DNA from: Planctomycetota bacterium
GTDB lineage: Bacteria > Planctomycetota > PLA2 > JAEUHO01
Length of the DNA stretch: 64,000 nt
Direction of reading: 5' to 3'
Assembly (NCBI GenBank): GCA_965223505.1
Contig: CBDCWP010000010.1
Coordinates: forward strand, 128,001-192,000
Shown here piece by piece: positions 1-13,019 of this stretch. The position numbers and the translations under genes were made by a program. Under the pieces are notes generated by a model that worked only from the letters and a program-made list of their open reading frames with translations, was not told the DNA's origin and searched no databases. The first letter of the stretch is position 1, and every line of letters starts with the position of its first letter.

Positions 1-423
1 GCGCTGAACGGCGACCCGGTCGTTCGCCGCAGCATGAACGGTCCCCTCTCGCCGGAGGCGGGGAGCGACCTGTTCGACCGGGTCGCCCGATCGGACACCG
101 CCTGGGCCATCGTCGAAAGGACGTCGGGCGCCTACATCGGCCATGCGTTCCTCACGATCGGCGGGGACGAGCCCGATCCCGAGCTGGGCTTCCTGCTGGA
201 CCGGTCCTACTGGGGGCGCGGGTACGCGACCGAGGCGGCCGCGCGCGCCCTTCGCCACGCGACCGAAGCGCTCGGCTGCGCGCGCATCGTCGCCACGGCC
301 GACACGGACAACCACGCGTCGATCCGGGTGCTCGAGAAGCTCGGATTCGCGCTCGCGGACGAACGCACGGACGAGCACGGACCGTTCGGGTACTACGCGC
401 TCGTCTCGGCGCCGGACGCGTGA
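1..423 (+). CDS. GNAT N-acetyltransferase, RimJ/RimL family (probably 5'-truncated by window edge)
   Basis: ELGFLLDRSYWGRGYATEA and N-x-AS-x-RVLEKLGF motifs; frame is open from base 1. Confidence 0.85.
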   Translation, partial: ALNGDPVVRRSMNGPLSPEAGSDLFDRVARSDTAWAIVERTSGAYIGHAFLTIGGDEPDPELGFLLDRSYWGRGYATEAAARALRHATEALGCARIVATADTDNHASIRVLEKLGFALADERTDEHGPFGYYALVSAPDA

Positions 424-478
424 GGCAACCTCAACGGGCGCAAGGACTTGCGTTCACGTCGCCGTGTGGGAGGGGCGT

Positions 479-937
479 CTACACCAGGTTGTAGTTGATG
501 CCCATGAGGCCGATCATCGCGCCCACGACGCACCCGTACCCCATGTGGCCCACGATGTGGGCGATGGCCACCTCGGGCCCCGCCTTCCGGAACATCTCCA
601 CAGGATGGTTCTCGGAAACGAGCGCCACCAGGCCGAAGGCGACCACGATGCCGTGGAACAGCCCCAGGACCAGCCCCATCCCCGCGAGCGGGAGCATCTG
701 CGGCTCCGCGACCAGGGTCAACAGGATCGCGTACGGGAAGGCGAAGAGGATGCCCGCCGCGAAGTGGATGATCACACCCGGGATCAGGGCCCGCTTGTAC
801 TGCTTGGAGGCCAGGCTGCCGAGGGCGCGGATCATGTCCGCGTTGGCCCAGCGGCTGCGGTGGATGATCGTCATCAGGAACGTCATCGCGCACGTGCCGA
901 CCGCGCCCGCGAAGATTGTCTGGAAGAAGAGGACCAC
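479..937 (-). CDS. Integral membrane protein of unknown function (about 4 TM)
   Basis: 152-aa hydrophobic ORF with His in helices (IIHFAAG, LFHG, AHIVGH); divergent from act operon. Confidence 0.7.
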   Translation of the reverse strand: MVLFFQTIFAGAVGTCAMTFLMTIIHRSRWANADMIRALGSLASKQYKRALIPGVIIHFAAGILFAFPYAILLTLVAEPQMLPLAGMGLVLGLFHGIVVAFGLVALVSENHPVEMFRKAGPEVAIAHIVGHMGYGCVVGAMIGLMGINYNLV

Positions 938-1179
938 GTCCTGATTCTAGCGGCGGGGCCGTCTCAGCGCAGGGGGCGTCCTCGCATGCGCGGAAATTGG
1001 CGCACCCTTGACAACCGTCCGCGGTTGCGCCACCGGCCGGCATCTGTCGAGGGCGATTCTGGTTCGTTCGGGGTCGATTCCAGACAGTCGGATTCTGGCA
1101 AACGGAGGCCCTGAATCTTCTACGAGCGTTTCGCGCGGCACGTAGGTTGTGGCCGTCGAGCAGCACCGTGGGGACCCAC

Positions 1180-1785
1180 ATGTCCGGCGATCTCTTTACG
1201 CGCACCTTCGACCGTAGGGCGCGTACGCTCATTGCCACCGTCACCCTCTCAGCGATCTTCGGCCTTGGTTTCGGCATGTATTCGCTGTGGGGCGCCAACA
1301 TGGAGACCGGCTACGAACCGGCACAGCCGATTCCGTTCTCGCATGCCCTCATGGCGGGCAAGCACGAGATCGATTGCCTCTACTGCCACGGCAACGCCGT
1401 GAAGGGCGCGCACGCCGGCATTCCGACCGTCTCGGAGTGCATGAAGTGCCACAAGGAGATCCAGACGAAGGATGAAAAGGGCGAGCTCAAGCCGTCTCTC
1501 GCCATGCTGAACGACTACTGGGCCGAGAAGAAGCCCATCGAGTGGGTCAAGGTCCACGATCTGGCCGACTTCGTCTACTTCAACCACAGCCGGCACATGA
1601 CGGAGCAGGCCGGCTTGGAGTGCGCCGACTGCCACGGACCCGTCGAGACCATGGAGCGCGTGCGTCGCGTTCATTCGCTCAAGATGAGCTGGTGTCTGGA
1701 CTGCCACAAGCAGCCGGCGCCCGAGGGCGCACCCGCGCATCAAGAGACGCGCGCACCCATTCACTGCAGCACGTGCCACCGATAG
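1180..1785 (+). CDS. actA: Alternative complex III pentaheme cytochrome c subunit
   Basis: N-terminal TM helix, QPIPFSH motif, five CxxCH (CLYCH, CMKCH, CADCH, CLDCH, CSTCH), DFVYFNHSRH; ATG at 1180 chosen. Confidence 0.93.
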   Translation: MSGDLFTRTFDRRARTLIATVTLSAIFGLGFGMYSLWGANMETGYEPAQPIPFSHALMAGKHEIDCLYCHGNAVKGAHAGIPTVSECMKCHKEIQTKDEKGELKPSLAMLNDYWAEKKPIEWVKVHDLADFVYFNHSRHMTEQAGLECADCHGPVETMERVRRVHSLKMSWCLDCHKQPAPEGAPAHQETRAPIHCSTCHR

Positions 1786-1801
1786 GAGCCGACCGGACGA
1801 G

Positions 1802-4704
<2,903 letters not shown>

Positions 4705-4708
<4 letters not shown>

Positions 4709-6087
4709 GCGCCGACGATCGCAGCCCGCTCGATCCGCCCGAGCCGATCGAGGGCGGCAATTACGACTTCCAGAAGCTCGACGACGAGATCAACCGGCCG
4801 CTCGAGTCGTTTCCGACGGGGCGCTGGTGGCTCGCCTTCAGCATCACGGGTGCGATGGCGACGGCGTTCCTCGTCTGCTTCGTCTACACGATCGCGACCG
4901 GGATCGGCAGCTGGGGCAACAACAACCCCGTCGGCTGGGGCTGGGCCATCACGAACTTCGTGTTCTGGATCGGCATCGGCCACGCCGGCACGCTCATCAG
5001 CGCCATCCTGTACCTGCTGCGTCAGAAGTGGCGCACGGCCATCGCCCGCTTCGCCGAGGCGATGACGCTGTTCGCCGTCATCTGCGCGTTGCAGTTCCCC
5101 TTGATCCACACCGGCCGTCCGTGGCTCGCGGCCTACTGGTTGTTGCCGCTGCCGAACTCGAACGACATCTGGGTCAACTTCCGCTCGCCCCTCGTTTGGG
5201 ACGTCTTCGCGGTCTCGACCTACGGGCTCGTGTCGTTCCTGTTCTGGTACACGGGACTCCTTCCGGACCTGGCGCTCGCGCGCGACCGCGCCAAGCACCG
5301 CGTGCGCAAGCTCGTCTACGGCATCATGAGCCTGGGTTGGAACGGGAGCAACCGCGCCTGGCGCCACTACGAGAAGGCCTACCTGCTCTTCGCCGCGCTC
5401 GCGACGCCGCTCGTGCTCAGCGTGCACAGCGTCGTCTCGTTCGACTTCGCCGTGAGCATCATGCCGGGCTGGCACACGACGATCTTCCCGCCGTACTTCG
5501 TCGCGGGCGCGATCTTCAGCGGCTTCGCGATGGTCGCGACGCTGATCGTCGTGATGCGCAAGATGTTCAAGCTGGAACACATCGTCACGAACAACCATCT
5601 GGACGTGATGAACCGCATCGTCATCGCGACGTCGCTGATGGTGGGCTACGCCTACCTGATCGAGTTCTTCATTGCGTGGTACAGCGGGTCCGCGTACGAA
5701 CGGTTCGCGTTGATGAACCGCGCGTTCGGTCCGGACGCGTACCTCTATTGGGGCATGGTGGCTTGCAACGTCGCCATCCCGCAGCTGCTCTGGTTCAAGA
5801 AGATCCGCAGCACGGTCAAGTACCTGTACCCGATCGTCCTGCTCGTCAACGTCGGGATGTGGCTCGAGCGATTCGTGATCATCGTGGTCAGCCTCAAGAG
5901 CGACTACCTGACGTCGAGCTGGGGCGACTTCTCGCCGTCGTGGGTCGACATCGGCCTCTTCGTCGGCAGCTTCGGCCTGTTCCTCAACCTGCTGCTGCTC
6001 TTCTGCCGCTTCCTGCCGACCGTGGCGGTCGCCGAGACCAAAGCGGTCCTGCCGGGCAGCCAGCCGACGGGAGGACGCCATGAGTGA
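4705..6087 (+). CDS. actC: Alternative complex III ActC, NrfD/PsrC-family quinol-binding membrane subunit
   Basis: WGWAITNFVFWIGIGHAGTLISAIL, NFRSPLVWDVFAV, SVHSVVSFDFA, GWHTTIFPPYFVAGAIFSG; ATGA overlap with actB. Confidence 0.95.
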
Positions 6088-6637
6088 GTCCAAGAAGCTG
6101 GTCGGCGTGATCGGGCTCTTCGACGATCCCGACAGCCTGATCACCGCGGCGGAGACCGTGCGCGACGCCGGATACCGGCGGTGGGACTGCCACACGCCGT
6201 ATCCCGTACACGGGCTGGACGACGCGATGGGCCTCAAGCCGTCGCCGATGTCCTACATCTGTCTGGGGGCGGGCGCCCTCGGCGCGAGCGCGGCGATGCT
6301 CATGCAGTGGTGGATGAGCGCTGTCGACTATCCGGTGCGCATCGGCGGAAAGCCGATGTTCAGCTGGCCGGCCTTCATTCCGATCACGTTCGAGCTCTTC
6401 GTGCTGTTCGCCGCGCTCGCGACGATGGGGGGCATCGTGGTGCTCTGTCGCCTCGGCAAGTGGCACTCTCCGCTGCACGATTCGGGCGTCATGGTGGACG
6501 TGACGTCGCGCCGCTATGCGGTCGTGCTGAGTGAGCGAGACGAGCTGTTTTCCGAGGCGGCCGCCACGAAGCTGCTGGCAGAGGCCGGCTGCAACGACGT
6601 GCGGCCGCTCCACGAGCGCGTCGAAGGGAAGGCGTAG
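6080..6637 (+). CDS. actD: Alternative complex III ActD (DUF3341)
   Basis: TPYPVHGLDDAMG and GGKPMFSWPAFIPITFEL motifs. Confidence 0.93.
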   Translation: MSESKKLVGVIGLFDDPDSLITAAETVRDAGYRRWDCHTPYPVHGLDDAMGLKPSPMSYICLGAGALGASAAMLMQWWMSAVDYPVRIGGKPMFSWPAFIPITFELFVLFAALATMGGIVVLCRLGKWHSPLHDSGVMVDVTSRRYAVVLSERDELFSEAAATKLLAEAGCNDVRPLHERVEGKA

Positions 6638-6640
6638 CCG

Positions 6641-7270
6641 ATGTTGGAACGCATTCTCCAGGGGTGGAAGCCGATCTGGCGCCAGGGGCGCTGGAACGCG
6701 ACCCTCGTCGGGATCGCCGCCGGCGCCGTGATCGTCCCGCTCGGGTTCCTCGCGCTCCCGTACCTCGAGCTCTTCAACGACATGGCCGTGCAACCCAAGG
6801 GCAAGGCTCAGGGGCAATACGGCTGGTACACCGACCACCAGATCCCGGTGCAGCGCAATCCGGTGCCCGGCACGATGCCGATGAGCTACGTGCCCTACGC
6901 GATCGACGACGCGGACGAGAAGGCGGCGGTCAAGCGCGCCGAGGAGACGCTCGTCAACCCGCTCAAGCCGACGATGGCGGTGCTGACGCGCGGTCGAAAG
7001 ACCTTTGACACGATCTGCGCGACGTGCCACGGCAAGCGCGGAGAGGCGGACGGCGGGGTCGTCGGGCCGAACCTGTTCCCCGCGCCGCCGACGCTGCACA
7101 CGAAGGAGGCGCGCGCGTACAAGGACGGGCGCATCTTCCACATCATCACCCGCGGGCAGAACAAGATGCCCGCGTACGCGGACATCGTCGAGCCCGAGGA
7201 ACGCTGGGCCGTCATCCACTACATCCGCGCGTTGCAGCGCGCCAAGCAGATGAGCACGGAAGGGAAGTGA
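6641..7270 (+). CDS. actE: Alternative complex III ActE monoheme cytochrome c
   Basis: DMAVQPK, PVPGTMP, CATCH, DGRIFHIIT.G...MPAY, ERWAVIHYIRALQ. Confidence 0.9.
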   Translation: MLERILQGWKPIWRQGRWNATLVGIAAGAVIVPLGFLALPYLELFNDMAVQPKGKAQGQYGWYTDHQIPVQRNPVPGTMPMSYVPYAIDDADEKAAVKRAEETLVNPLKPTMAVLTRGRKTFDTICATCHGKRGEADGGVVGPNLFPAPPTLHTKEARAYKDGRIFHIITRGQNKMPAYADIVEPEERWAVIHYIRALQRAKQMSTEGK

Positions 7271-8481
7271 TGGGACAGGCCGACACCACCCCGTCCGTCG
7301 AAGCCGCGCCCGCCGGCAGCGGAACGCTCAAGAAGATCGGGCTCCTGCTCATCGCCGTGGGCGCGGTCCTGAGCGTCATGGCATTTCTGGACGAGGGCGA
7401 CCGGACCCGGTTCGGCTTCGCCTACCTCCTCGGCTTCGTGTTCGTCTGGGCCATCGTGCTCGGCAGCCTCTTCTTCGTCGCGCTGCAACACGTGACCAAC
7501 TCGATCTGGTCCGTCGTGGTGCGGCGCATCGCGGAGGCGCTGGCGGCGCCGGTGTGGATCCTCGCCCTCCTGTTCCTGCCGCTACTTGCGTTCGCCTTGC
7601 TCAACAAGGACTTCGGGATCTTCCCCTGGATGCGCGCCGAACACGACCACGTGATCGACGCCAAGGCGCCGTACCTCAACGACACGTTCTTTCTGGTCCG
7701 GACAGGCATCTTCTTCCTGGTCTGGATCGTGTTCGCCTGGTTCTTCGTCGGCAACTCCGTCAAGCAGGATGGTTCGAGCGGCGACGTCCCCCGCACCCTC
7801 AAGATGCGTAAGGTCTCCGGTCCGTTCATCATCCTGTTCGCGTTCACGGCGACCTTCGCCTCGTTCGACTGGATCATGAGCCTCGAGCCGCACTGGTTCA
7901 GCACCATCTACGGCGTCTACGTCTTCTCGGGCATGTTCCTGTCGGCGTTGGCCGCGATCACGTTGGGCGTGGTCGGGTTGCGCAAGTCCGGCCGCTTGCC
8001 CGAAGGCCTGATCACCAAGGACCACCTGTACAACCTGGGCGGACTGCTGTTCGCCTTCACGTGCTTCTGGGCCTACATCTCGTTCAGCCAGTTCATGCTG
8101 ATCTGGTACGGCAACCTGCCCGAAGAGACCGTCTACTACGTCCAGCGCATCGAGAACGGCTGGTTGCCGGTCTCTTGGGGCGTCGCGATCGTGCGGTTCG
8201 TGATTCCCTTCTTCATGCTGCTCTCGCGCGGCGCGAAGGTGGACCCGAAGCGCCTGGCGACGGTGTCGGTGCTGATCCTCTTCGGTCAGCTGGTCGATCT
8301 CTACTGGCTGATCATGCCGGCGCAGCACGGCACGGGCCCGAGCCTCGGCTGGCAGGAGTTCGGCCCGCCGGCGCTCTTCACGGGCGTCCTGCTCCTCTAC
8401 TTCGCCCTCTTCCTCGGCAAGCACAAGGCCGTGGCGGCGGGTGATCCGCTGTTCGAGAAATCCAGGAACTTTCACCTCTAG
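7270..8481 (+). CDS. actF: Alternative complex III ActF membrane subunit
   Basis: DWIMSLEPHWFSTIYG, FWAYISFSQFMLIWYGNLPEE; ATG 7270 overlaps actE stop (TGATG). Confidence 0.92.
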   Translation: MGQADTTPSVEAAPAGSGTLKKIGLLLIAVGAVLSVMAFLDEGDRTRFGFAYLLGFVFVWAIVLGSLFFVALQHVTNSIWSVVVRRIAEALAAPVWILALLFLPLLAFALLNKDFGIFPWMRAEHDHVIDAKAPYLNDTFFLVRTGIFFLVWIVFAWFFVGNSVKQDGSSGDVPRTLKMRKVSGPFIILFAFTATFASFDWIMSLEPHWFSTIYGVYVFSGMFLSALAAITLGVVGLRKSGRLPEGLITKDHLYNLGGLLFAFTCFWAYISFSQFMLIWYGNLPEETVYYVQRIENGWLPVSWGVAIVRFVIPFFMLLSRGAKVDPKRLATVSVLILFGQLVDLYWLIMPAQHGTGPSLGWQEFGPPALFTGVLLLYFALFLGKHKAVAAGDPLFEKSRNFHL

Positions 8482-8491
8482 GGAGTCGATC

Positions 8492-9346
8492 ATGTCTCGC
8501 GCACAAGGACGGCGACTGCTGAGCGTGTTGGCGCTCGTCTTCGCGTTCGCCGTCGCCGCATCAACCGCGCATGCCGAGGAGAGCACCTCCGGCTACGCCG
8601 ACGCCAAGACCGTCGGCGTCGACGAGAAGCTCGGCGACACGCTGCCGTCCGGGCTGATGTTCCGCGACTCGACGGGTGCCGAGGTCGAGCTCACGAAGCT
8701 CCTCGACCGGCCGACGCTCCTCACGTTGGTGTACTTCCGCTGTCCCGGCATCTGCAGCCCGCTGATGGACGAGGTGGCCAAGACCGTCGACGAGGTGGAG
8801 GAGCTCACGCCCGGCAAGGACTACAACATCATCACGGTCAGCTTCGATGCACGCGAAGGGCCCGAGATCGCCGCGACCGGCAAGAAGAACTTCCTGGGCC
8901 GGATGGAGCGCGAGGTGCCGCCGGAGGCCTGGCGGTTCCTCACGGGAGACGAGGAGAACATCGCGCGGCTGACCAACGCCGTGGGATTCAACTTTCAGCG
9001 CGACAAGGAGGACTTCAAGCACGCCGGGACGGTGATCTTCCTCACGAAGGACGGCAAGATCGTTCGGTATCTGAGCGGGCTCGCGATCCTGCCGTTCGAC
9101 ATGAAGCTGGCGGTGAACGACGCGGCCGAGGGCACGCCGCGCACGCTCATGCAGCGCATCCAGAAGCTCTGCTATGCGTACGATCCCGAGGCGCGCGCCT
9201 ACACGCTTCAGGTCAACCGCATCGTTCTCTGGCTGACGCTGCTCGGGGTCGGCGTCTTCGTCTTCTTCCTGGTCCGCAAACGCAAGAACGCACCCGTCGC
9301 CGCCCGCTCGTTGGGTGACGCGACGCCGGATGGAGGCGCAGCCTGA
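8492..9346 (+). CDS. SCO1/SenC-family copper chaperone
   Basis: Signal peptide, YFRCPGICSP (CxxxC), conserved His (FKHAG), C-terminal TM helix. Confidence 0.9.
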   Translation: MSRAQGRRLLSVLALVFAFAVAASTAHAEESTSGYADAKTVGVDEKLGDTLPSGLMFRDSTGAEVELTKLLDRPTLLTLVYFRCPGICSPLMDEVAKTVDEVEELTPGKDYNIITVSFDAREGPEIAATGKKNFLGRMEREVPPEAWRFLTGDEENIARLTNAVGFNFQRDKEDFKHAGTVIFLTKDGKIVRYLSGLAILPFDMKLAVNDAAEGTPRTLMQRIQKLCYAYDPEARAYTLQVNRIVLWLTLLGVGVFVFFLVRKRKNAPVAARSLGDATPDGGAA

Positions 9347-10983
9347 TGTCCGCCGACGCAACCACACCCGCTTCGCCGGACTACATCCGCGCGGAGAAGG
9401 GGCTGAAGTCGTGGCTCACGACCGTCGACCACAAGCGCATCGCGATCCTCTATCTCGTGATGATCGTGGCGTTCTTCTGCGTCGCCGTGTTGCTCGGCCT
9501 GGCCATGCGGCTCGAGCTGCTCAACATGGGCACCGACTTCCTGGACGGCCAGGCCTACAACCACGTGCTCACGCTCCACGGCGTGATCATGATCTTCCTG
9601 TTCATCCTGCCGGGCATCCCCGCCGTGTTCGGCAACTTCTTCCTGCCGATCATGGTCGGCGCGAACGACGTGCAGTTCCCGCGGCTGAACTTGCTCTCGT
9701 GGTACCTGTACGTCGCCGGCGCGATCCTGGCGTTGTTCTCGGTGACGCTCGGCGGACCGGACACGGGCTGGACGTTCTACGTTCCGTACAGCGCGATGTC
9801 GCAGGCCAACGTGATCATCCCGATGCTGGCCGCGTTCCTGCTCGGTTTCTCGTCGATCCTGACGGGCCTGAACTTCATCGTCACGATCCACCGTATGCGC
9901 GCGCCGGGCATCGGCTGGCGTGAGCTGCCGCTGTTCGCCTGGAGCACGTACGCGACGGCCTGGATCCAGGTGCTGGCGACGCCTGTGGTCGGCATCACAC
10001 TCGTGCTGGTGATTCTCGAGCGAATCACCGGTGTCGGCATCTTCGACGCTTCGAAGGGCGGCGACCCGATTCTCTTCCAGCACCTGTTCTGGATCTACTC
10101 GCACCCGGCCGTCTACATCATGGTGCTGCCCGCCATGGGCATGGTGTCCGAGATCATTCCGGTCTTCAGCCGCCGCCGCATCTTCGGGTACCGCTTCATC
10201 GCGATGTCGTCCATCGCGATTGCCGCGATCGGATCGCTCGTATGGGCGCACCACATGTTCACGTCGGGCATGGCGGACGAGGGCCGCGTCATCTTCTCGT
10301 TCCTCACGTTCTTCGTGTCGGTGCCCAGCGCCGTCAAGGTGTTCAACTGGCTTGCGACCATGTGGCGCGGGTCGATCAAGGTCGATCCGCCGATGCTCTT
10401 CGCGTTCGGGTTCATCTTCCTGTTCGCGATCGGCGGGTTCACGGGCTTGATGAACGCGTCCCTCTCGACCGACATCCACGTGCACGACACGTCGTTCATC
10501 GTCGCGCACTTCCACTACACGATGTTCGGCGGTACCGGCGTGATGTTCTTCGGCGCGCTGTTCTACTGGTTCCCGAAGATGTTCGGCCGGATGTACAACC
10601 GCAAGGCGGCGATCATCGCGTTCACGACGTTCTTCATCGGCTTCAACATGCTCTACATGCCGCTGTTCTTCGCCGGCCTCGAGGGCATGCCGCGCCGCTA
10701 CCAGGACTACCTGCCGGAGTACGCCGGCTACCATCGCTGGTCCACGTTCGGGTCCTGGGTCGCGGCGACCGGCGTGATCCTGATGATCTGGACGCTCGTT
10801 CGGGGGCTTCGCAAGGGCGCCAAGGCACCGGCCAACCCGTGGGGCGGAGCGACGCTCGAGTGGGTCGTGCCGTCGCCGCCGCCCACGCACCAGTTCGACC
10901 GCGCGCCCGAGATCACCCACGGCCCGTACGACTACAAGAACATCGAAGCGCCTGACGATCCCTGGAACGGGGAGACCCAATGA
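9346..10983 (+). CDS. ctaD: Heme-copper oxygen reductase subunit I, A2 type
   Basis: TVDHKRI, TLHGVIM, FWIYSHPAVY (YS motif of A2), WAHHMF, VAHFHY, GMPRRY. Confidence 0.97.
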   Translation: MSADATTPASPDYIRAEKGLKSWLTTVDHKRIAILYLVMIVAFFCVAVLLGLAMRLELLNMGTDFLDGQAYNHVLTLHGVIMIFLFILPGIPAVFGNFFLPIMVGANDVQFPRLNLLSWYLYVAGAILALFSVTLGGPDTGWTFYVPYSAMSQANVIIPMLAAFLLGFSSILTGLNFIVTIHRMRAPGIGWRELPLFAWSTYATAWIQVLATPVVGITLVLVILERITGVGIFDASKGGDPILFQHLFWIYSHPAVYIMVLPAMGMVSEIIPVFSRRRIFGYRFIAMSSIAIAAIGSLVWAHHMFTSGMADEGRVIFSFLTFFVSVPSAVKVFNWLATMWRGSIKVDPPMLFAFGFIFLFAIGGFTGLMNASLSTDIHVHDTSFIVAHFHYTMFGGTGVMFFGALFYWFPKMFGRMYNRKAAIIAFTTFFIGFNMLYMPLFFAGLEGMPRRYQDYLPEYAGYHRWSTFGSWVAATGVILMIWTLVRGLRKGAKAPANPWGGATLEWVVPSPPPTHQFDRAPEITHGPYDYKNIEAPDDPWNGETQ

Positions 10984-11639
10984 GCGAATCGACGACCCTC
11001 ACTCCCGACAGCGTTCCCGCGGACGACCACGCGGGGCACTACGGTGTGCCGGGGTACGACCCGACGAGCGCCAAGCTCGGCATGTGGCTCTTCCTCTTCA
11101 CCGAAGTGCTTCTCTTCGGCGGGCTCTTCGTGGCCTATGCCGTCTACCTCTACGCGCACACCTGGCAGTTCACCGAGGCGTCGGTCGAGCTCAGCGTGCT
11201 GATGGGCGGCGGGAACACGCTGATCCTCTTGACCAGCTCCCTGTCGATGGCGCTCGCCATCGCGGCGCTGCAACGCGGCAGGCCCGGGCTCTCGATCAAG
11301 TTGCTCAACTTCACGATCCTCTGCGCCGTGGCGTTCTGCGTCATCAAGACGTTCGAGTGGGGCGGCAAGTTCGAGCACGGCATCTACCCCGGCTCCGAGC
11401 GCGTGCTCGCCATGAGCTACGGCGGTCAGATCTTCTACAGCCTCTACTTCACGATGACGGGCCTGCACGCGCTGCACGTCCTCATCGGCGCGGCGCTGAT
11501 CATCTGGGCGAAGGCCAAGATCAAGGATGGAAGCGTCAACAAGGAGCGTGTGGTCCTGCTCGACAACGTCGGGCTGTACTGGCACCTCGTCGACCTGGTC
11601 TGGATCTTCCTCTTCCCGCTGTTCTATCTGATCGGTTGA
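10980..11639 (+). CDS. ctaE: Cytochrome c oxidase subunit III
   Basis: KLGMWLFLFTEVLLFGGLF, TGLHALHV, GLYWHLVDLVWIFLFPLFY. Confidence 0.95.
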   Translation: MSESTTLTPDSVPADDHAGHYGVPGYDPTSAKLGMWLFLFTEVLLFGGLFVAYAVYLYAHTWQFTEASVELSVLMGGGNTLILLTSSLSMALAIAALQRGRPGLSIKLLNFTILCAVAFCVIKTFEWGGKFEHGIYPGSERVLAMSYGGQIFYSLYFTMTGLHALHVLIGAALIIWAKAKIKDGSVNKERVVLLDNVGLYWHLVDLVWIFLFPLFYLIG

Positions 11640-11653
11640 GGCGCGGAGGCGAC

Positions 11654-11950
11654 ATGTCAGCTTCGAATCACGAACACGAAGAGCACCTGGTTCCGATCAG
11701 GACGTTCGTCAGCGTCTGGCTGGCGCTGGTCGCGTTGACCTTCGTCACCGTCGGCGCCGCCTACACCGACCTGAAGCACATGTCGGTGTTCACCGCGATC
11801 TTGATCGCGTGCATCAAGTCGACGCTCGTCGTCATGTACTTCATGCACCTGCGCTTCGAGCGGCGGATCTTCACCTGGTTCTTCGTCGCGGCCTTCGGGA
11901 CCTACGCGATCTTCCTCGTCCTGACGTTCGCGGACTACTACTACCGCTAG
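11654..11950 (+). CDS. ctaF: Cytochrome c oxidase subunit IV (CtaF family)
   Basis: IACIKSTLVVMYFMHLRFE; GGAGG RBS before ATG 11654. Confidence 0.88.
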   Translation: MSASNHEHEEHLVPIRTFVSVWLALVALTFVTVGAAYTDLKHMSVFTAILIACIKSTLVVMYFMHLRFERRIFTWFFVAAFGTYAIFLVLTFADYYYR

Positions 11951-11960
11951 GGGCCCAGCC

Positions 11961-13019
11961 ATGTTCCTCGCTTCCAGAGAAGTCATCGATAGCGTCAACA
12001 AGGCCTGGTACATCCTCACCGGTGTGAGCGTCGTGCTGCTGATCGGCATCATGGGCGCGCTCGTCTGGTTCGTCGTCAAGTACCACCGCAGCAAGGGCAA
12101 CGAGCCGACGGATATCCACGGCAGCACCAAGCTCGAGATCACCTGGACGGTGCTGCCGACCATCCTCGCCGGCTGGCTGTTCTTCGTGGGGTACGAGGGC
12201 TTCGCGCTCATGCGCGACGTGCCGGAGGACGCGTACGTCGTCGAGTGCGAAGGACGGCAGTGGTACTGGACGTTCCGCTACCCCAAGGAGGACGTCTCCT
12301 CGTCCGAGCTGGTCGTGCCCGTCGACACGCCGATTCGGGTCAACTTGACGTCGCCGGTCAACGATGTGCTCCACAGCCTCTACATCCCGTACTTCAAGGT
12401 GAAGGAGGACTGCGTTCCGGGCAAGTGGAGCTACCTCTGGTTCCAGGCGGACAAGATCAGCGAGTACAACGTCTTCTGCACCGAGTTCTGCGGCCGCGAC
12501 CACGCGCGGATGATCACCAAGCTGCGCGTGCTCTCGAAGGAGGACTTCCAGGCCTGGCTCGACGGCAAGGTGCGGGAGCGCTACCTGCCGGTGGACATTC
12601 CCGGCGCGAGCGATCCGACGTCCGAGAACATCGTCGCGCAGAATGGGCCGGTGCTGTTTCAGACGTACTGCGCGTCGTGTCACGGCAACGAGGGACAAGG
12701 CGGTCTGGTCGAGGGCGCGCGCAACTTCCGGGACCTGGCCGGCTGGAAGCGCGGGCCGAAGCTCACCGACATCTACCGCACGCTGACGGAGGGCCTCGAG
12801 GGCACACAGATGCGCGCCTTCAACAACCTGTCGCCCTGGCAGCGCCTCGCGCTGGCGCATCACGTCGTCTCGTTCAACCGTTCGGCCCAGCGGCCGAAGG
12901 CCTCCCAAGAAGAGTGGGAGGCCCTCGTGAAGGAATACAGCCTCGACAAGCCGCCGGTCATCACGCGGGAGTTTCCGATCGAGGACGCGATGAAGGCGAT
13001 CGCGGAGGACGCCGAGTAG
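11961..13019 (+). CDS. ctaC: Cytochrome c oxidase subunit II with C-terminal cytochrome c domain
   Basis: LEITWTVLP, QWYWTF, DVLHS, CuA motif CTEFCGRDHARM; fused CASCH...M heme c domain. Confidence 0.95.
   Translation: MFLASREVIDSVNKAWYILTGVSVVLLIGIMGALVWFVVKYHRSKGNEPTDIHGSTKLEITWTVLPTILAGWLFFVGYEGFALMRDVPEDAYVVECEGRQWYWTFRYPKEDVSSSELVVPVDTPIRVNLTSPVNDVLHSLYIPYFKVKEDCVPGKWSYLWFQADKISEYNVFCTEFCGRDHARMITKLRVLSKEDFQAWLDGKVRERYLPVDIPGASDPTSENIVAQNGPVLFQTYCASCHGNEGQGGLVEGARNFRDLAGWKRGPKLTDIYRTLTEGLEGTQMRAFNNLSPWQRLALAHHVVSFNRSAQRPKASQEEWEALVKEYSLDKPPVITREFPIEDAMKAIAEDAE

Noticed and set aside
1008..1040. TTGACA upstream of actA as a sigma70 promoter
   Set aside because: No credible -10 hexamer at 16-18 nt spacing.
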